Source: Lingula anatina | Lineage: Eukaryota > Animalia > Brachiopoda | Length of the DNA: 64,000 nt | Assembly (NCBI GenBank): GCA_051362555.1 | Contig: CM120646.1 | Location: forward strand, 2,356,001-2,420,000 | Direction of reading: 5' to 3' | In this document: one piece after another, positions 1-11,116 of the stretch | How the letters are laid out: the number at the start of each line of letters is the position of its first letter | Position numbering within the stretch: position 1 is the first letter of the stretch | Made by a program: the position numbers and the translations under genes | Notes under the pieces: model-generated | Told to the model about the DNA's origin: nothing | Database searches by the model: none | The model's input: only the letters and a program-made list of their open reading frames with translations

Positions 1-18
1 CGAAGAGTTATTAACCCT
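1..18. mobile_element. Terminal end of a Kolobok-like TTAA MITE that continues off the left edge
   Basis: CGAAGAGTTATTAACCCT followed by TTAA matches the TIR and TSD of the complete elements at 36024-36361 and 38503-38840. Confidence 0.6.
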
Positions 19-19
19 T

Positions 20-370
20 TAAAACTTGTTTGACAGGTTAATACGTCATACGTGTAATATGAAACTTCTAGTATTGTGTTATTCAATACATACCTTTTTC
101 GATATACTGGTATGGTGGTTGTATTATGCATATTGTATATAGCGAACAGTAATTGGGGAGTTGAAAAATTTGACACACGTGCATACACATACATACAATG
201 TACATCCTTTTTTTAGTCTTTCAAAAAATGATAATTTCCTTAGAGGAAATGGAAACATATCATCCCAGGTCTAACTTATTTTTCTAATTTGTTTGTACCA
301 GCACTGTAGTTGAAAATACAGATAAAAGTTTCAAAGGTATGTCTAGGTAGAAATATATTACTTATCAACA
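20..370. repeat. Paralogous copy of the upstream region of gene A
   Basis: Aligns by eye with about 6188-6560 (AAACTTGTTTGAC.GGTTAATACGTCATAC.TGTAATATGAAA...). This implies another gene-A-like paralog just left of the window. Confidence 0.75.
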
Positions 371-1004
371 AATGTGTATTTCATCTGAAATAAGAGATTA
401 GAAAAATGTGTAATCAGGATTGTCAGTGACATTTAACTGACTGGAAATTTCAGCGCATTAGAGAATAGATGACAAGATGACGTCATCCTGCTCGGTGGCA
501 GCTACGTAACAGGTTGCGAAAGTTAACAAATTGTGATTTTTTTTAAATTAAAATTCTTTATGGCACATCATTGTATTCGGGTGGCATTAAAATTGTTTAT
601 CATTCTAACTCGTTATTAGGTAAAAGAACCAACAGTAATAATACCTGTACGACTGCCTTATGTGAACAACTGGTGTCGTCCGCAAGATATTTTTCGTCTA
701 AAATGCCCGCTGTATACAGTATACTGACTCGATTTTTCTAGATTTTTGTTCTTGACCGTAAGAACCACATTAAGACTAAATAAACCTACTTCTTTGTAAT
801 TTTTTCTTTTGTCAGTTTATTTTTGGCAGATTTTAAGTCCAGATTTTAAATCCAGACCTCCATATTTTACCAATATCACCAGAGATTACTGCACAATGAA
901 TTGCGAACCAACTGGACGATCATCATCCTTGTTTCTCGCTGAACAAATACTATGTCATCCATGAACTCTAAATCTCGAGATATGCAGTACTGTGCATCCA
1001 CACT

Positions 1005-1213
1005 TTACAGCTCAAACAATGCAGAACTGATGCATCATAAGAATAGCGCATATCAAACTAAAACCATTGACGTCTGATTCATCTTTAATCCGGAATCCTC
1101 AGACACAGCAGCCTGTTTCTCGGCAGCTCTCGAGCAACGGGGATATTTGGATTTGGTTTTGCTGGGTCGAATCTTAACTCCATGCAAGGCTTAGTGTCGG
1201 ATACTAAAACATA
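1005..1213 (-). pseudogene. Decayed last-exon fragment of a GPI-type folate receptor/riboflavin-binding-like gene
   Basis: Translates YVLVSDTKPCMELRFDPAKPNPNIPVAR, then a frameshift, then AAEKQAAVSEDSGLKMNQTSMVLV*YALFL*CISSALFEL*. This is homologous to gene A exon 4 (YHVVPDTEPCMEFSFDPAKPNPNIPVARAAAQKKVAVSGATGLKM...). Confidence 0.8.
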
Positions 1214-1246
1214 AGTCAATGACGTGAATATGTCAGTATTAATATT

Positions 1247-1408
1247 CATTGGCGCCTGCAGAAAATTTTCCAGGGGGGGGGGGGGTGTAAGTCATTGAAG
1301 GGGGAGATAATGATTGGCTGGGTACCCGCAAAAAAAATGCAGTTCCAAAATTCCAATGTGACCCTATTGACCCCCCCCCCCCCCCCCCCCCCCCCGCGGA
1401 CGTCCACG
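1247..1408. mobile_element. hAT-like MITE
   Basis: Perfect 8-bp TSD TTAATATT (1239-1246 and 1409-1416). Imperfect TIR CATTGGCGCCTGCAG / CCGCGGACGTCCACG with subterminal poly-G and poly-C. Confidence 0.7.
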
Positions 1409-2009
1409 TTAATATTGTAGGTGATTTAATTCTTACGCTAAAAATACACCAACGCTACAGATTTGAGTGCAGGAGAAATAAGGCGATAAAATCATCGTGT
1501 ATGTCCGAATATCTTGCAATTAATGATGTAATATACTGATATTACATGCGTTATACGAATACGTTTTTTATTGACCGGAAAAAAAAAATAAATAAATAAA
1601 ATAAAATAAATAAAATAAAAATGCTAAAGCACAATGTATAAAGCGAAACCTTCAAAATAAACGTCCACTGACATGAAACAGTCGGATATAGATCAACAAA
1701 AGGAACACTGAAATATGCACTATCGAGTCACATTAGATGCGTTACTCAATGCAATTAGAGCTATCGGCTACAATATTAGAAGTCTGTGTGGCAGAGATGA
1801 TATTCCTTATCAAATATTCCGTGAAAACGAAATGAAACAATAAACACATTGTCCTCTTCCAAACCTCCACATGTACGTTTTTAAATTACAAAAGTTTAAT
1901 TTCCTGGTTAATTGATTTAATATATATGTCATTCAGAAGCTCATAAAATGAATATTAAAGCGGAAAAGGCTTTTCAATCCAAAAATGGTATATAATACCG
2001 GTAGATACA

Positions 2010-2950
2010 CACTGAGAATAAAATTGGAGCCATTTGACTCTCTAGTCAGAGTCCAGCACCCCTTGACCCTCATGGAGTTAATTTAACTCCTATATAAGGG
2101 TCAAATTGCCCCACTACCAGAGCTTTAGACTCTCTTATCAGAGTCAATCACTCCCTGGCTCTCATGGAGTCAATCTGACTCTAAAAGCAGCGTCCAATTA
2201 TCGGGGGCCAGTGTCTGGCTGACCCTTTTCAAAGACTCTTTTCGCTCGCTGGACAGTAAGCTTTGTTTCATTACTTGTGATGGCAGTGAGCACACGGCGT
2301 GGAGAGAACAGTTTTCATCATCCTATGTCAGTATAAACATTGCTTTATTGGCCATAGTTGGTTTTATGCATGAACAAGTGGTTTTCTGTGTGTTTCTGCA
2401 TGCAGAACTCGTGCACTTAATTATTACTGGCCCGGGCTTTCAGTTGCCCACACCCTTTATGTGTGATACGTTGGTATACAGGTCAGCAGGTTTTGTTTCC
2501 AGGTTGTAGGTTTGACCCACCAATGGATGTCAGTGAAGAAGTACGCTCACTCATTACCAGATTTACACATTGTTTGTTATTGCTCCTACACTACCATATG
2601 TGACTGCATGGCCTAGTGGTTAAGGTGGCCGCCTCTGGAGCGGGAGGAAGTGGGTTCGAGCCCGTCTGGGGACACAGCAGTCTGAAATAAACGATACTTG
2701 CTGTTGATGTTTTTGTTCATGATGTGCCAAGGAGTCAATAATTCCGTACTATGGGGTCGTGGTGACTCTTTTGTAGAGATAAATCAAGGGATGAAGGGAT
2801 GTGTGAATGGAGTCAATTGTGACCTTCCTGTGGGGTCTGGGATGGCATTTCTCCATCGGAGTCAACTTGACTCCAATTGGGAGTTATTTTAGGCACCACT
2901 TGCTGGACTCCAAATTTGGAGTCACTTGGACTCTGATTTTATTCTCAGTG
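2010..2950. mobile_element. CACTA/EnSpm (CMC)-like non-autonomous DNA transposon
   Basis: 15-bp TIR CACTGAGAATAAAAT / ATTTTATTCTCAGTG and a 2-bp CA duplication. Many subterminal GGAGTCAA/TTGACTCC motifs. Partial copies at 6588-6765 and 21777-22246. Confidence 0.75.
2602..2675 (+). other. tRNA-derived (Gln-CTG-like) Pol III promoter segment or SINE head inside the CACTA-like element
   Basis: A box TGGCCTAGTGG at 2609 and B box GGTTCGAGCCC at 2653. Anticodon-like hairpin CCGC-CTCTGGA-GCGG. The acceptor stem pairs poorly, so this is not a functional tRNA. Confidence 0.55.
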
Positions 2951-2960
2951 CACGGTACAA

Positions 2961-4566
2961 CTAAAACAGTATAGAGGCGGTGCAAAACAAGAACAGCGTA
3001 AAGAGAACAAATACCCCTGACGGGGGATACATTTTCAATCCGGTCGCCCCAGACACAGCGACCTTTTTCTGGGCAGCGGCTCGAGCCACGGGGATATTCG
3101 GATTTGGTTTTGCTGGATCGAAACTAAACTCCATGCAGGGTTCGGTGTCCGGTACCACGTGATATCCGCCATCCCATATGGTGTTGCAGAAATCAGCAGC
3201 TGACGTGTACATCTCAGTGTATTTCTTACACACCGCGTCCTTTGGGCAAATGTTCACACCTAAAATGAAGTATCATGAAAAAAATATTTTTGAAGACAAG
3301 GTTTGTTTTTTAATAGGCTAGGGGGATTGGACAACTGTTTTACACAATACAAGAATAATAGCTGGTTTGACAGCTTTACATACAATGCATAAAAGAGAGG
3401 CCTAAATTGTACCAGTTCTGATTTTACAGTCTTCATTTGGATCTTACTCATAATAGAGTCAAACAATTTTAGTAAGAGTGTACCTTTACATTCATAGTAA
3501 TTTTTGGTGAAAATAGTTTTTTATCTGCCTGATGAGTGTCATTTTTTTTTATTTATGAAACGGAACTTTAACAACTGCCTATGGTAAATGAAATCCTATC
3601 AAAATGTCTGTCTTGTAAAGAGAAGCTCATGTAGTGACATGACCCACCGCTACAGGTAGTGTAGAAATTTTAAATGGCGCCGCAGATTGGAGTTCATCTA
3701 GTGAAAATAACGATTGCCTCGATTATTATGACAAGTTAATTCACGGATATTTAAACATTTTAACATCTGCCATTTTCAAGTTTAAAGTTCTGGCCGATAA
3801 TTGAAAAAATCAATATTTCAAGAAAATGTACCGCAAAAAAATATTTTTCTATTTCTGTTATATTTTTCTGTTGGATTTGGCGGCCGTCTTGTGAAATCAT
3901 CTATAGTTGCAAACGTTGCACACAGCTTCACTGTTAATATCTTAATCGTCAAAAGGTCTGGAATTTGCAGCATGTGGGAAAGCCAATTTAACAGAAATCA
4001 CAAACATTTGGTAGTTGGTTACCAATTCGGTTTTATCAGATGGCATCAATATCATATTACATGTATAAATAGTAAAGAAGTATATAGTGTAAAGTATAAA
4101 GTGTTTTTGTGCCGAAATAGAAGCACGAGGCAAATTTATATTTGGTCTTCAGCCTGGACTATAAATGGTCTATTTATATTTACAATTTCAACCAGATCGG
4201 TCTTTGCTGATGATACAGTGATGTGCTTTCTACCTATTACAAAGCGTACGTGTCAAGTTGGCACCACGTGACTACATACACATGCCGTGATGCTGCCACT
4301 GGGCTTCAGCGTAGCGTGTTGGTTTGGAAATGACGTCACTCACCGTTAGCGTCCCAGGCAGGGTCGGTTAACCAGTTTCTGTGACACGTGTATTCCTCCT
4401 TGCAAGCGTTCCACCATTTGTCACACTGGCTGGCGCACAATGGGAGATGCTTCAAACGGTGATTAAACGGGCTTTCGGTCTGAAATGGTCATTTTTATTA
4501 GATAATCTAGTAATAAGTGATGTGGGCAGACAAATGGATGCGTGCATGTGTGTTCGTCTGTGTGTC

Positions 4567-4599
<33 letters not shown>

Positions 4600-6095
4600 G
4601 GGAGAGAGCACCTGTGCGTATGTGAAAATAGAAAAAAATGGTCTAATGGATATATGGATCATGTAGATAGAAATACACAGCTTTTGTGTGTCTGTGTACT
4701 TGTATTTGACCTACCCCTATCACAATCCAAGGGCCGGAGTCTGGCGAACAAGCAAAGAAGCAGACTTCGTCGTGGTTCAATCTTTCACACTCCGGTGACA
4801 GACGCGGTTTCTGTGGACAGTGACCATAATCCGTCATGTTCATCCACTGGTGGTCCTCAAGGAAACTTGTGGTCATATTTGGCCTGCAGCAGGCTCTGTC
4901 TCGGTAACGAATGCACTGAAACAATATGGGGATACAATATTAACAAAACTGGACATTCACTGGAATGGTGGATATGGAGATTTTTTGGGCATTTTCTTGT
5001 TTCCCCGCTGCAAATAAAGGTAAAAGTGTAAATGACTAATCGAAAGACAACACAAAACGATTTTCCATTCTTATGTCCTATACATCAAAGTTGCATAGCC
5101 GCCTTTCACTGTTTAATAAGAGGTTAAGGGTGTTGACCCTATTAGCAAAATATATTGTCAATAAGTGAATGAGCAAGAGCCTAATATTTCATTATGCTTA
5201 GCCATTAATAGACCGGTTTGAAATATGCACATTATGCTTGCCGTGCCCCTGCCGAGTAATGACTCTCCTGTAGCCCCATCTTACAGTGGAAAACTGGTCA
5301 GTGGTCCGACAACGCCTTAAGATTTAGTCTCGCTCAGTTTTTTTTCAGATCTGCTGCAATCGTCCTTAGAGTCAAATAAACTCAGATAGTGAGCTTGCAT
5401 GAAGATACCATAACTGTCCAGAGGACGAACAGCATGCACGCATTACAAAGCTTTGCATTGGCGTTGAACTCAGGTACGGTACATTGGACCTTTTTTACCC
5501 TAGTGTAAATGTTACATTGATGGAAGTTTTGAAGGTCTACTTAGGTAAAATTTCTTACAGGTACATTCCAGCAAACACGTCACGTTCGGATCAAGTGTCT
5601 AACTTGTTCCTACCACATTAGAACGTGATCTGAACGTCACGTGCTTGCTGGGATTAACTGGGCAATTTTCGTTATACCGCCATATATCAGAGCTAGGTAA
5701 CTGTGTTCTTTTGGTCCACCAGTGGTTGGGAAATGTAAAGAAAAAAGAAAAAAAACTATATAAATATAGTTACATCATCCAAAGCATCTACATTCTAGAT
5801 TATACGCATTTGAAACCAATCAAATATATGCAGTTATACGAAATACACTGATAAGCATTCAATTGAGAGGTGACAGCCTTCAATACTGTGGTTACCCAAG
5901 GCTTTCTCTATTTTTTGTGTGTGTGCTTTTTACCTCCAGATCAGGTTCAGGCGAAGGCCTTGACTTGCTATACTCGTTTGGCACGCTAATACACATGTTC
6001 AAGTAATCGTCTGCTGACAGTCGTGTGTCTGCTTTTACCACCAGCCCCAGATTCAGGAAGGCGAAGCAGAGGATTTTAGTCAGTGTTGACGCCAT
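2961..6095 (-). CDS. Folate receptor / riboflavin-binding protein family gene A, about 265 aa, with a putative GPI-anchor tail
   Basis: Exons 6095-5934, 4915-4715, 4479-4344 and 3259-2961, all GT-AG with consistent phases 0,0,1. Signal peptide MASTLTKILCFAFLNLGLVVKA. Folate_rec Cys motifs ACC, CFFACSP, PLCASQCDKWWNACK, CHRNW, FC..IW and PNPN. Hydrophobic C-terminus GVFVLFTLFLFCTASILF. Confidence 0.9.
5567..5652. mobile_element. Short palindromic MITE in gene A intron 1
   Basis: TCCAGCAAACACGTCACGTTCGGATCA ... TGATCTGAACGTCACGTGCTTGCTGGG inverted repeat flanked by AT on both sides. Confidence 0.55.
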
Positions 6096-6587
6096 GATTG
6101 TTTATCTCGAATGTGCGAACAAAGCGAAAAATCGTAACAAAAAGCACACCTGTTTAACATGGCAAAAGCCAACAGTTCATTAAGCTTAAAACTTGTTTGA
6201 CGGGTTAATACGTCATACTTGTAATATGAAAACTTGTAGTATTGTGTTATTCAATACATACTTTTTTCGATATACTGGTATGGTAGTTGTATTATGCATA
6301 TTATATTTAACGAACAGTCATTGGGGAATGGAAAGATTTGACACAAGTGCATACATACAGGAATCTACAATGCACATTATTTTATTTCAGTCTTTGAAAA
6401 AAAAATCATTTCCTTAAAGGAAATGAAAACATATCCTCCCAGGTCTAACATAATTTTCTCATTTGATTGCACCAGAACTGTAGCTGAAAATACAGACTTA
6501 TTTATTACGGAATATTTAATTTCAAATGTAGGTCTAGGTAAAATTATATCATTTATTACCAAAACGCGCATTGTGGGTTATGAGGTT

Positions 6588-6765
6588 CACTGAGAATAAA
6601 ATCGGAGTCTCCACACTTGGAGTCCAGCATGATGCCTAAAATAACTCCCAATTGGAGTCAAGTTGACTCCAGACCCCACAGGAGGGTAACAATTGACTCC
6701 ATTCACACATCCCTTCATCCATCTCTCTTTTATAGAGTCACCATGAGCCCATAATAAGGAATTTT
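6588..6765 (-). mobile_element. End fragment of the CACTA-like element family
   Basis: Starts with CACTGAGAATAAAAT and matches the reverse complement of about 2740-2950. Confidence 0.7.
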
Positions 6766-7394
6766 GATATAAATTAATTAACAACCCTTTTTTCTTAGTC
6801 TGTATGCTGAAAATAAACTCTGGCGCAGGTCACGAAACGAAAAAGGACGAAAAATCAGACCTATCGTGACATTATTATTTATGTGTTTTCTCCGAAAAGA
6901 ACAGAAAACACTGAAAATAACACATGTATAAATTCAATTTACAAAAAGGTTTAATTGACGGATGTCTAGTTTTTTTGTATGGACTCCATGTTTCTAACCG
7001 ACATCCGGAAAAAACACAAAATCGTTGAACCAGCATAAAATCAGAAATTGTGTTCACAAGTTTTTACAAACACCTATGAAATAACTATACTGTATTTTTG
7101 CACAGCTTTAGCATTTCATGCGACCTTCTGAACAAGCAGAATACGCGTGAACATTCATAACAAGATTAACCATAAATATTCGTAGCAGGATTAACAGTTT
7201 GAGTAGTGGTATATTACCTCAATGCTTTTGCTTTGCATGTGAAATACAGGTTTTTAATTAATCGAACCCCTTTAAAAGCGTCCTTGGATTATATAATGTG
7301 ATTACTGTAAGACCTGTGCCATATTGGAATTAAATCAATTTTGATAAGTGTTTTGTTTTTCTTTGAAAGATAATCAGTAGGGGAATAGAAAAAG

Positions 7395-8647
7395 ATGGAC
7401 CGGTGTCATGTGCCTGAAGATATCAAGACAAGTTAGTTTTGGCAACAATTGCAGAAAGGACTGAGTCACTTCAACCTGCCAGAAACTGAGGACAGAACTC
7501 GGGTAAAGTTATGAAATGAAATATTTTTATTTCTACCCATTATTTGTGTAGATAGATGACCAGACGTAATTGAACACTTCGCTTAGTCGTTTTTATAAAT
7601 GACTAAAAATGACACTTACAATAAACCACACGTCTTCTTTTACCCAATCTTCTTGAATTCTGCTTAAGGGGCTCAATAAAGATACCAGATGCCTAAACTG
7701 TGTTAGACAATTGTTAAGTTCATTTTTAGTCACTCGGCTTCATGCACAGGCACAATTGGTGAATTCCTGTTAATGTGTACTTTTGAAATCTACACATTAA
7801 CTTCCAAAATATAAGAGCGTACACAACGGGTATCTCTAAAGGCGCCACTCCAGTGAAGATGGGCTAAAGAATGATTTCAAAAAAAAAAAAAAAAAAAAAA
7901 AACAGTATCTTATGTGATTTTACAGAATCCGCGACCAAAGTCTACGACTGAAGACACCACGATGGTGGTACTGGGGGAACCTCTCACCTGTCTGAACCTG
8001 TGTTTAGAGGGTGGGAAGCAGTGTCCTGGTGGTACGTTGCTGATACCCTCTTTAACATGGCTTCAGAAAGAACCAACCAATGGAGATCTGCAAACCTTAC
8101 GAGTACACAAGATTGTCACATTTGACTCTTGTGGTCGAACATTTTTGGACATCTTCACCCCACCTCGCCGTATCACTTACTGGATGAACCTCCTCGCATA
8201 TACTGGTAATCCATGTAATGTCACGGTGTAATTATATTCCATTTAATTTCATTATTGAATTGGTAGCTATTAATCTACGTTTAAATGGACAGTATGCTTT
8301 ATCAATTAATATATTTATAAATAATATTAACCAAAACATTATTCATCCAGATTTCTATCACATACATGTAATTTATTCAGCTGCCACAAAGATTATATTT
8401 ATAATAATGAAAAAAATTCCAGGACATATTATACCCCCTGACAGTTTTGAGTCCAATATTGAAATCCGGGAGTTTCAGAAGGTTCGGAGCGACGATTAGA
8501 TGACCGCGTTCTAATGCGCACCATCGTGGCAGTCGCGGGTGTTGCCTTTCCACAGACGCTGGTGTTTCAATACAAACCGACCCTTCCTTATAGCCCCGGA
8601 AAGCACGATATTTATGTTGTCTCTCTTAGGAGTAAAGAAGATGAAAA
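7395..8647 (+). pseudogene. CARNS1: Truncated carnosine synthase 1-like pseudogene (exons 1-3 only)
   Basis: Exons 7395-7502, 7926-8205 and 8423-about 8647 match the copy starting at 11117. In-frame TAG at 7434-7436 (CAG in the paralog). A frameshifting deletion near 8470. Homology ends abruptly after SKEDE. Confidence 0.85.
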
Positions 8648-11116
8648 GAAGGACCCGCCACCAATGATGTCGCTCACCCTCGATTGCCCAGTTCATATCA
8701 GTAAACCGGTTCCTGGGACAAGTGCACTCCTATTTGCAGGCATTTAAACAATCCAAGCAATTTAAATAAAACGACAATGGTAGTGTCCTTTGACCTTAAT
8801 CTTTAGGCCCAGGGCACGAACCACACTGAGAGACAGATGGTGTTAAAAAAGCCTGCAAATGACACACACGGCAGAGTCGTAGAGAAACATGAAAGTGTAT
8901 GGTCTTACTCGGTTCGGTCACAGTGCCTGTACCAATATGCGTGCTATTGTTTTCCTTTAAGTGTGCATAGCCTGCAATTTAACTGGTTCTTGATGTGTCT
9001 AAATATGTGGGAAGACAAGCTTTATATGCATTGATTTAGTTTTAATTTGTCAGACACGTCTTCACCTTACAAAAATTGGAAAGTCGAATAAATTGTACAC
9101 AAAACAAGTTTATTGCAGAAGAATATATTATGGCGGATACAGAGATTCAAGAAGGGGCTTTTTTTCAGATGCATGGTTCTTTTCACATATTAGCATCCCA
9201 CGTATTTGCTCATTTCAAAACGGTAGAGAATGTTAACACAATGTGTGCTCTTTGCAACTCCGTGTGGAAGGAATGGCAGACCTTAGTGAGAAGTCTGGGG
9301 TCCCGTATGATAAATTCAGGTTGGGGTTAGTCGCAAATTTGGGTTAGAATATTGGACAAATGTCAGCTGCACACACTGACGGGGAAAGTTACGGTTCCTA
9401 GTGGACTACCATTCCTGTCACACCGGCCGCTCTGATATTAGAATTAGATTTTACGACGGTTGAGTCGAGTACTTACGAAGTTACACTGACCGATCAATAC
9501 ATGTTTATTTTCTTTTATCAAAACTGCGTGTTCGTTTATTTAATTTCAGCAAAAAGACGCCACAACATAACATCAAAAGCACAGGATGAACTTTTTAAAC
9601 TGCAAAAGGTTTTCGAACTATCAACCAAGTTAACCCCGACCCTCACGCAAGCTGGTACATACAACATGACTCAAATTCGAGATGCGTTGACATTATTTTT
9701 GTTGTCATTCCTTGGCATCCCTGTTTTACGCCTACCACCTCATACCACATCTCCAGCGTGTACGACGATCAATCTTCCTGTCAGTCCTATTTACCCACTG
9801 ACAGGTCAAGTCGTCGAGGCCTCTTTGAGTCAAGCAAATTCACTTGTTTCCCTTGGGGAAGATAGCGCGATGAAGACTCAGTTATATATGACTCAACAAT
9901 TCCTATAAGCACGCGATTACAATGTCGACACTTATTCGTTATTTCTTCACAAAGTATAAATTACGTGCGCACAATAGAGCGGTGAGAAACGTTAACTGAG
10001 CTGAAATCCTTTGGAGTAAAATAAGGTGAGTGCGCTTCGTTGCGCAAAAATATCAATATACCTGTATATATTTTTTATTTTATAGAAAATATCAAACAAA
10101 AAGGTACATTTACTTGGGCGACTGTTTCTATAGCAATACAACCGCGAGAAGTCTGTTCAAAACGGAACTACCAGGGGAATTATAATACAATTTAAAAATA
10201 CTAACTAAAGCCTCGGTCACAACCGGACGCACGTGCACGACTTTCATGATCGTATGTCCCCTGCGGTTTTTGGGTATTGCGGGGGGCGTGGAGTTCGTTG
10301 AGGTAGAGGAAAGTCTGCCTTGCGAGTAGCAAAAGTTACATGAGATGTCCTTTTAAGCAGGGACGCTAATTGCAAGGAGCGATGGCCGTGGAAGTTGTAA
10401 TCATTTCTTGAGTTTGTCTTGCTTCCTGTGTACGTGGAACACACTCAGCAATTACGAAGGGAATGCAACGCACGGCGAAGGTAGTGCTATTTTCCATCAG
10501 TTTTGCTTTACACTTCCCTCACGCGTTTGTGGTGACGTACTGACGGCGTACTTCAGTTTTGCATCCTGTTCTCCTCTTCTTATTTCTTCCTTTTCCCTTT
10601 TTTCTACTATGTAAGCTTCTTTCTCTTGCCTTTTAAAGGCATATTAGAAAATAAATCGAGCAAAAATTTGAAAACTTTGAAAATTGTTGTACACGTAACA
10701 AAGTCGACGTTCATTGTAAAGACACGAGCGTGCGTCATGAGCAAGCCTTTTATACACCAGGCGTCGGGGTGACGCACGTGCGATGCATTTTCGGTGTGTT
10801 CTCGACTTTGTTCGTTAAGCCTAGGTCCCAACTACGTTTTGGAAGCACGGTTTTTAGGTTCCTTGCCTCCGGCTAGGACGTAAAATAAGCAGCTTTACAT
10901 GCAAGGGATGAAAAAATAAACCATTTCAATGATGTTTCAAAAACATCACCTATATCAAGTATGACACATGTAAATCAAGCAAAGTGTAAAATATATCTTG
11001 GCTCTAAGTGTGTGTGGTTAGCGGAGCAAAGCGCTTTTTTCTTAATCTTGGATTGCAATTATTTTTAGAGGTGTTTTTTTTCTTTTTGCAAGAAATCAGT
11101 TGGAAAATAGAAAAAG

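Noticed and set aside
2602-2675. Functional tRNA-Gln gene
   Set aside because: The acceptor and T stems pair poorly and it lies within a transposon, so it is treated as tRNA-derived.
4381-5031. 216-aa plus-strand ORF, and similar antisense ORFs over the array exons
   Set aside because: These are shadow frames of minus-strand exons and microsatellites, with no independent coding signal.
8648-10900. Non-homologous block between the two CARNS1-like copies, including ORF 9501-9908 and possible Harbinger-like ends near 10209 and 10818
   Set aside because: It is probably transposon-derived, but I could not pair TIRs or TSDs or recognise a protein motif.
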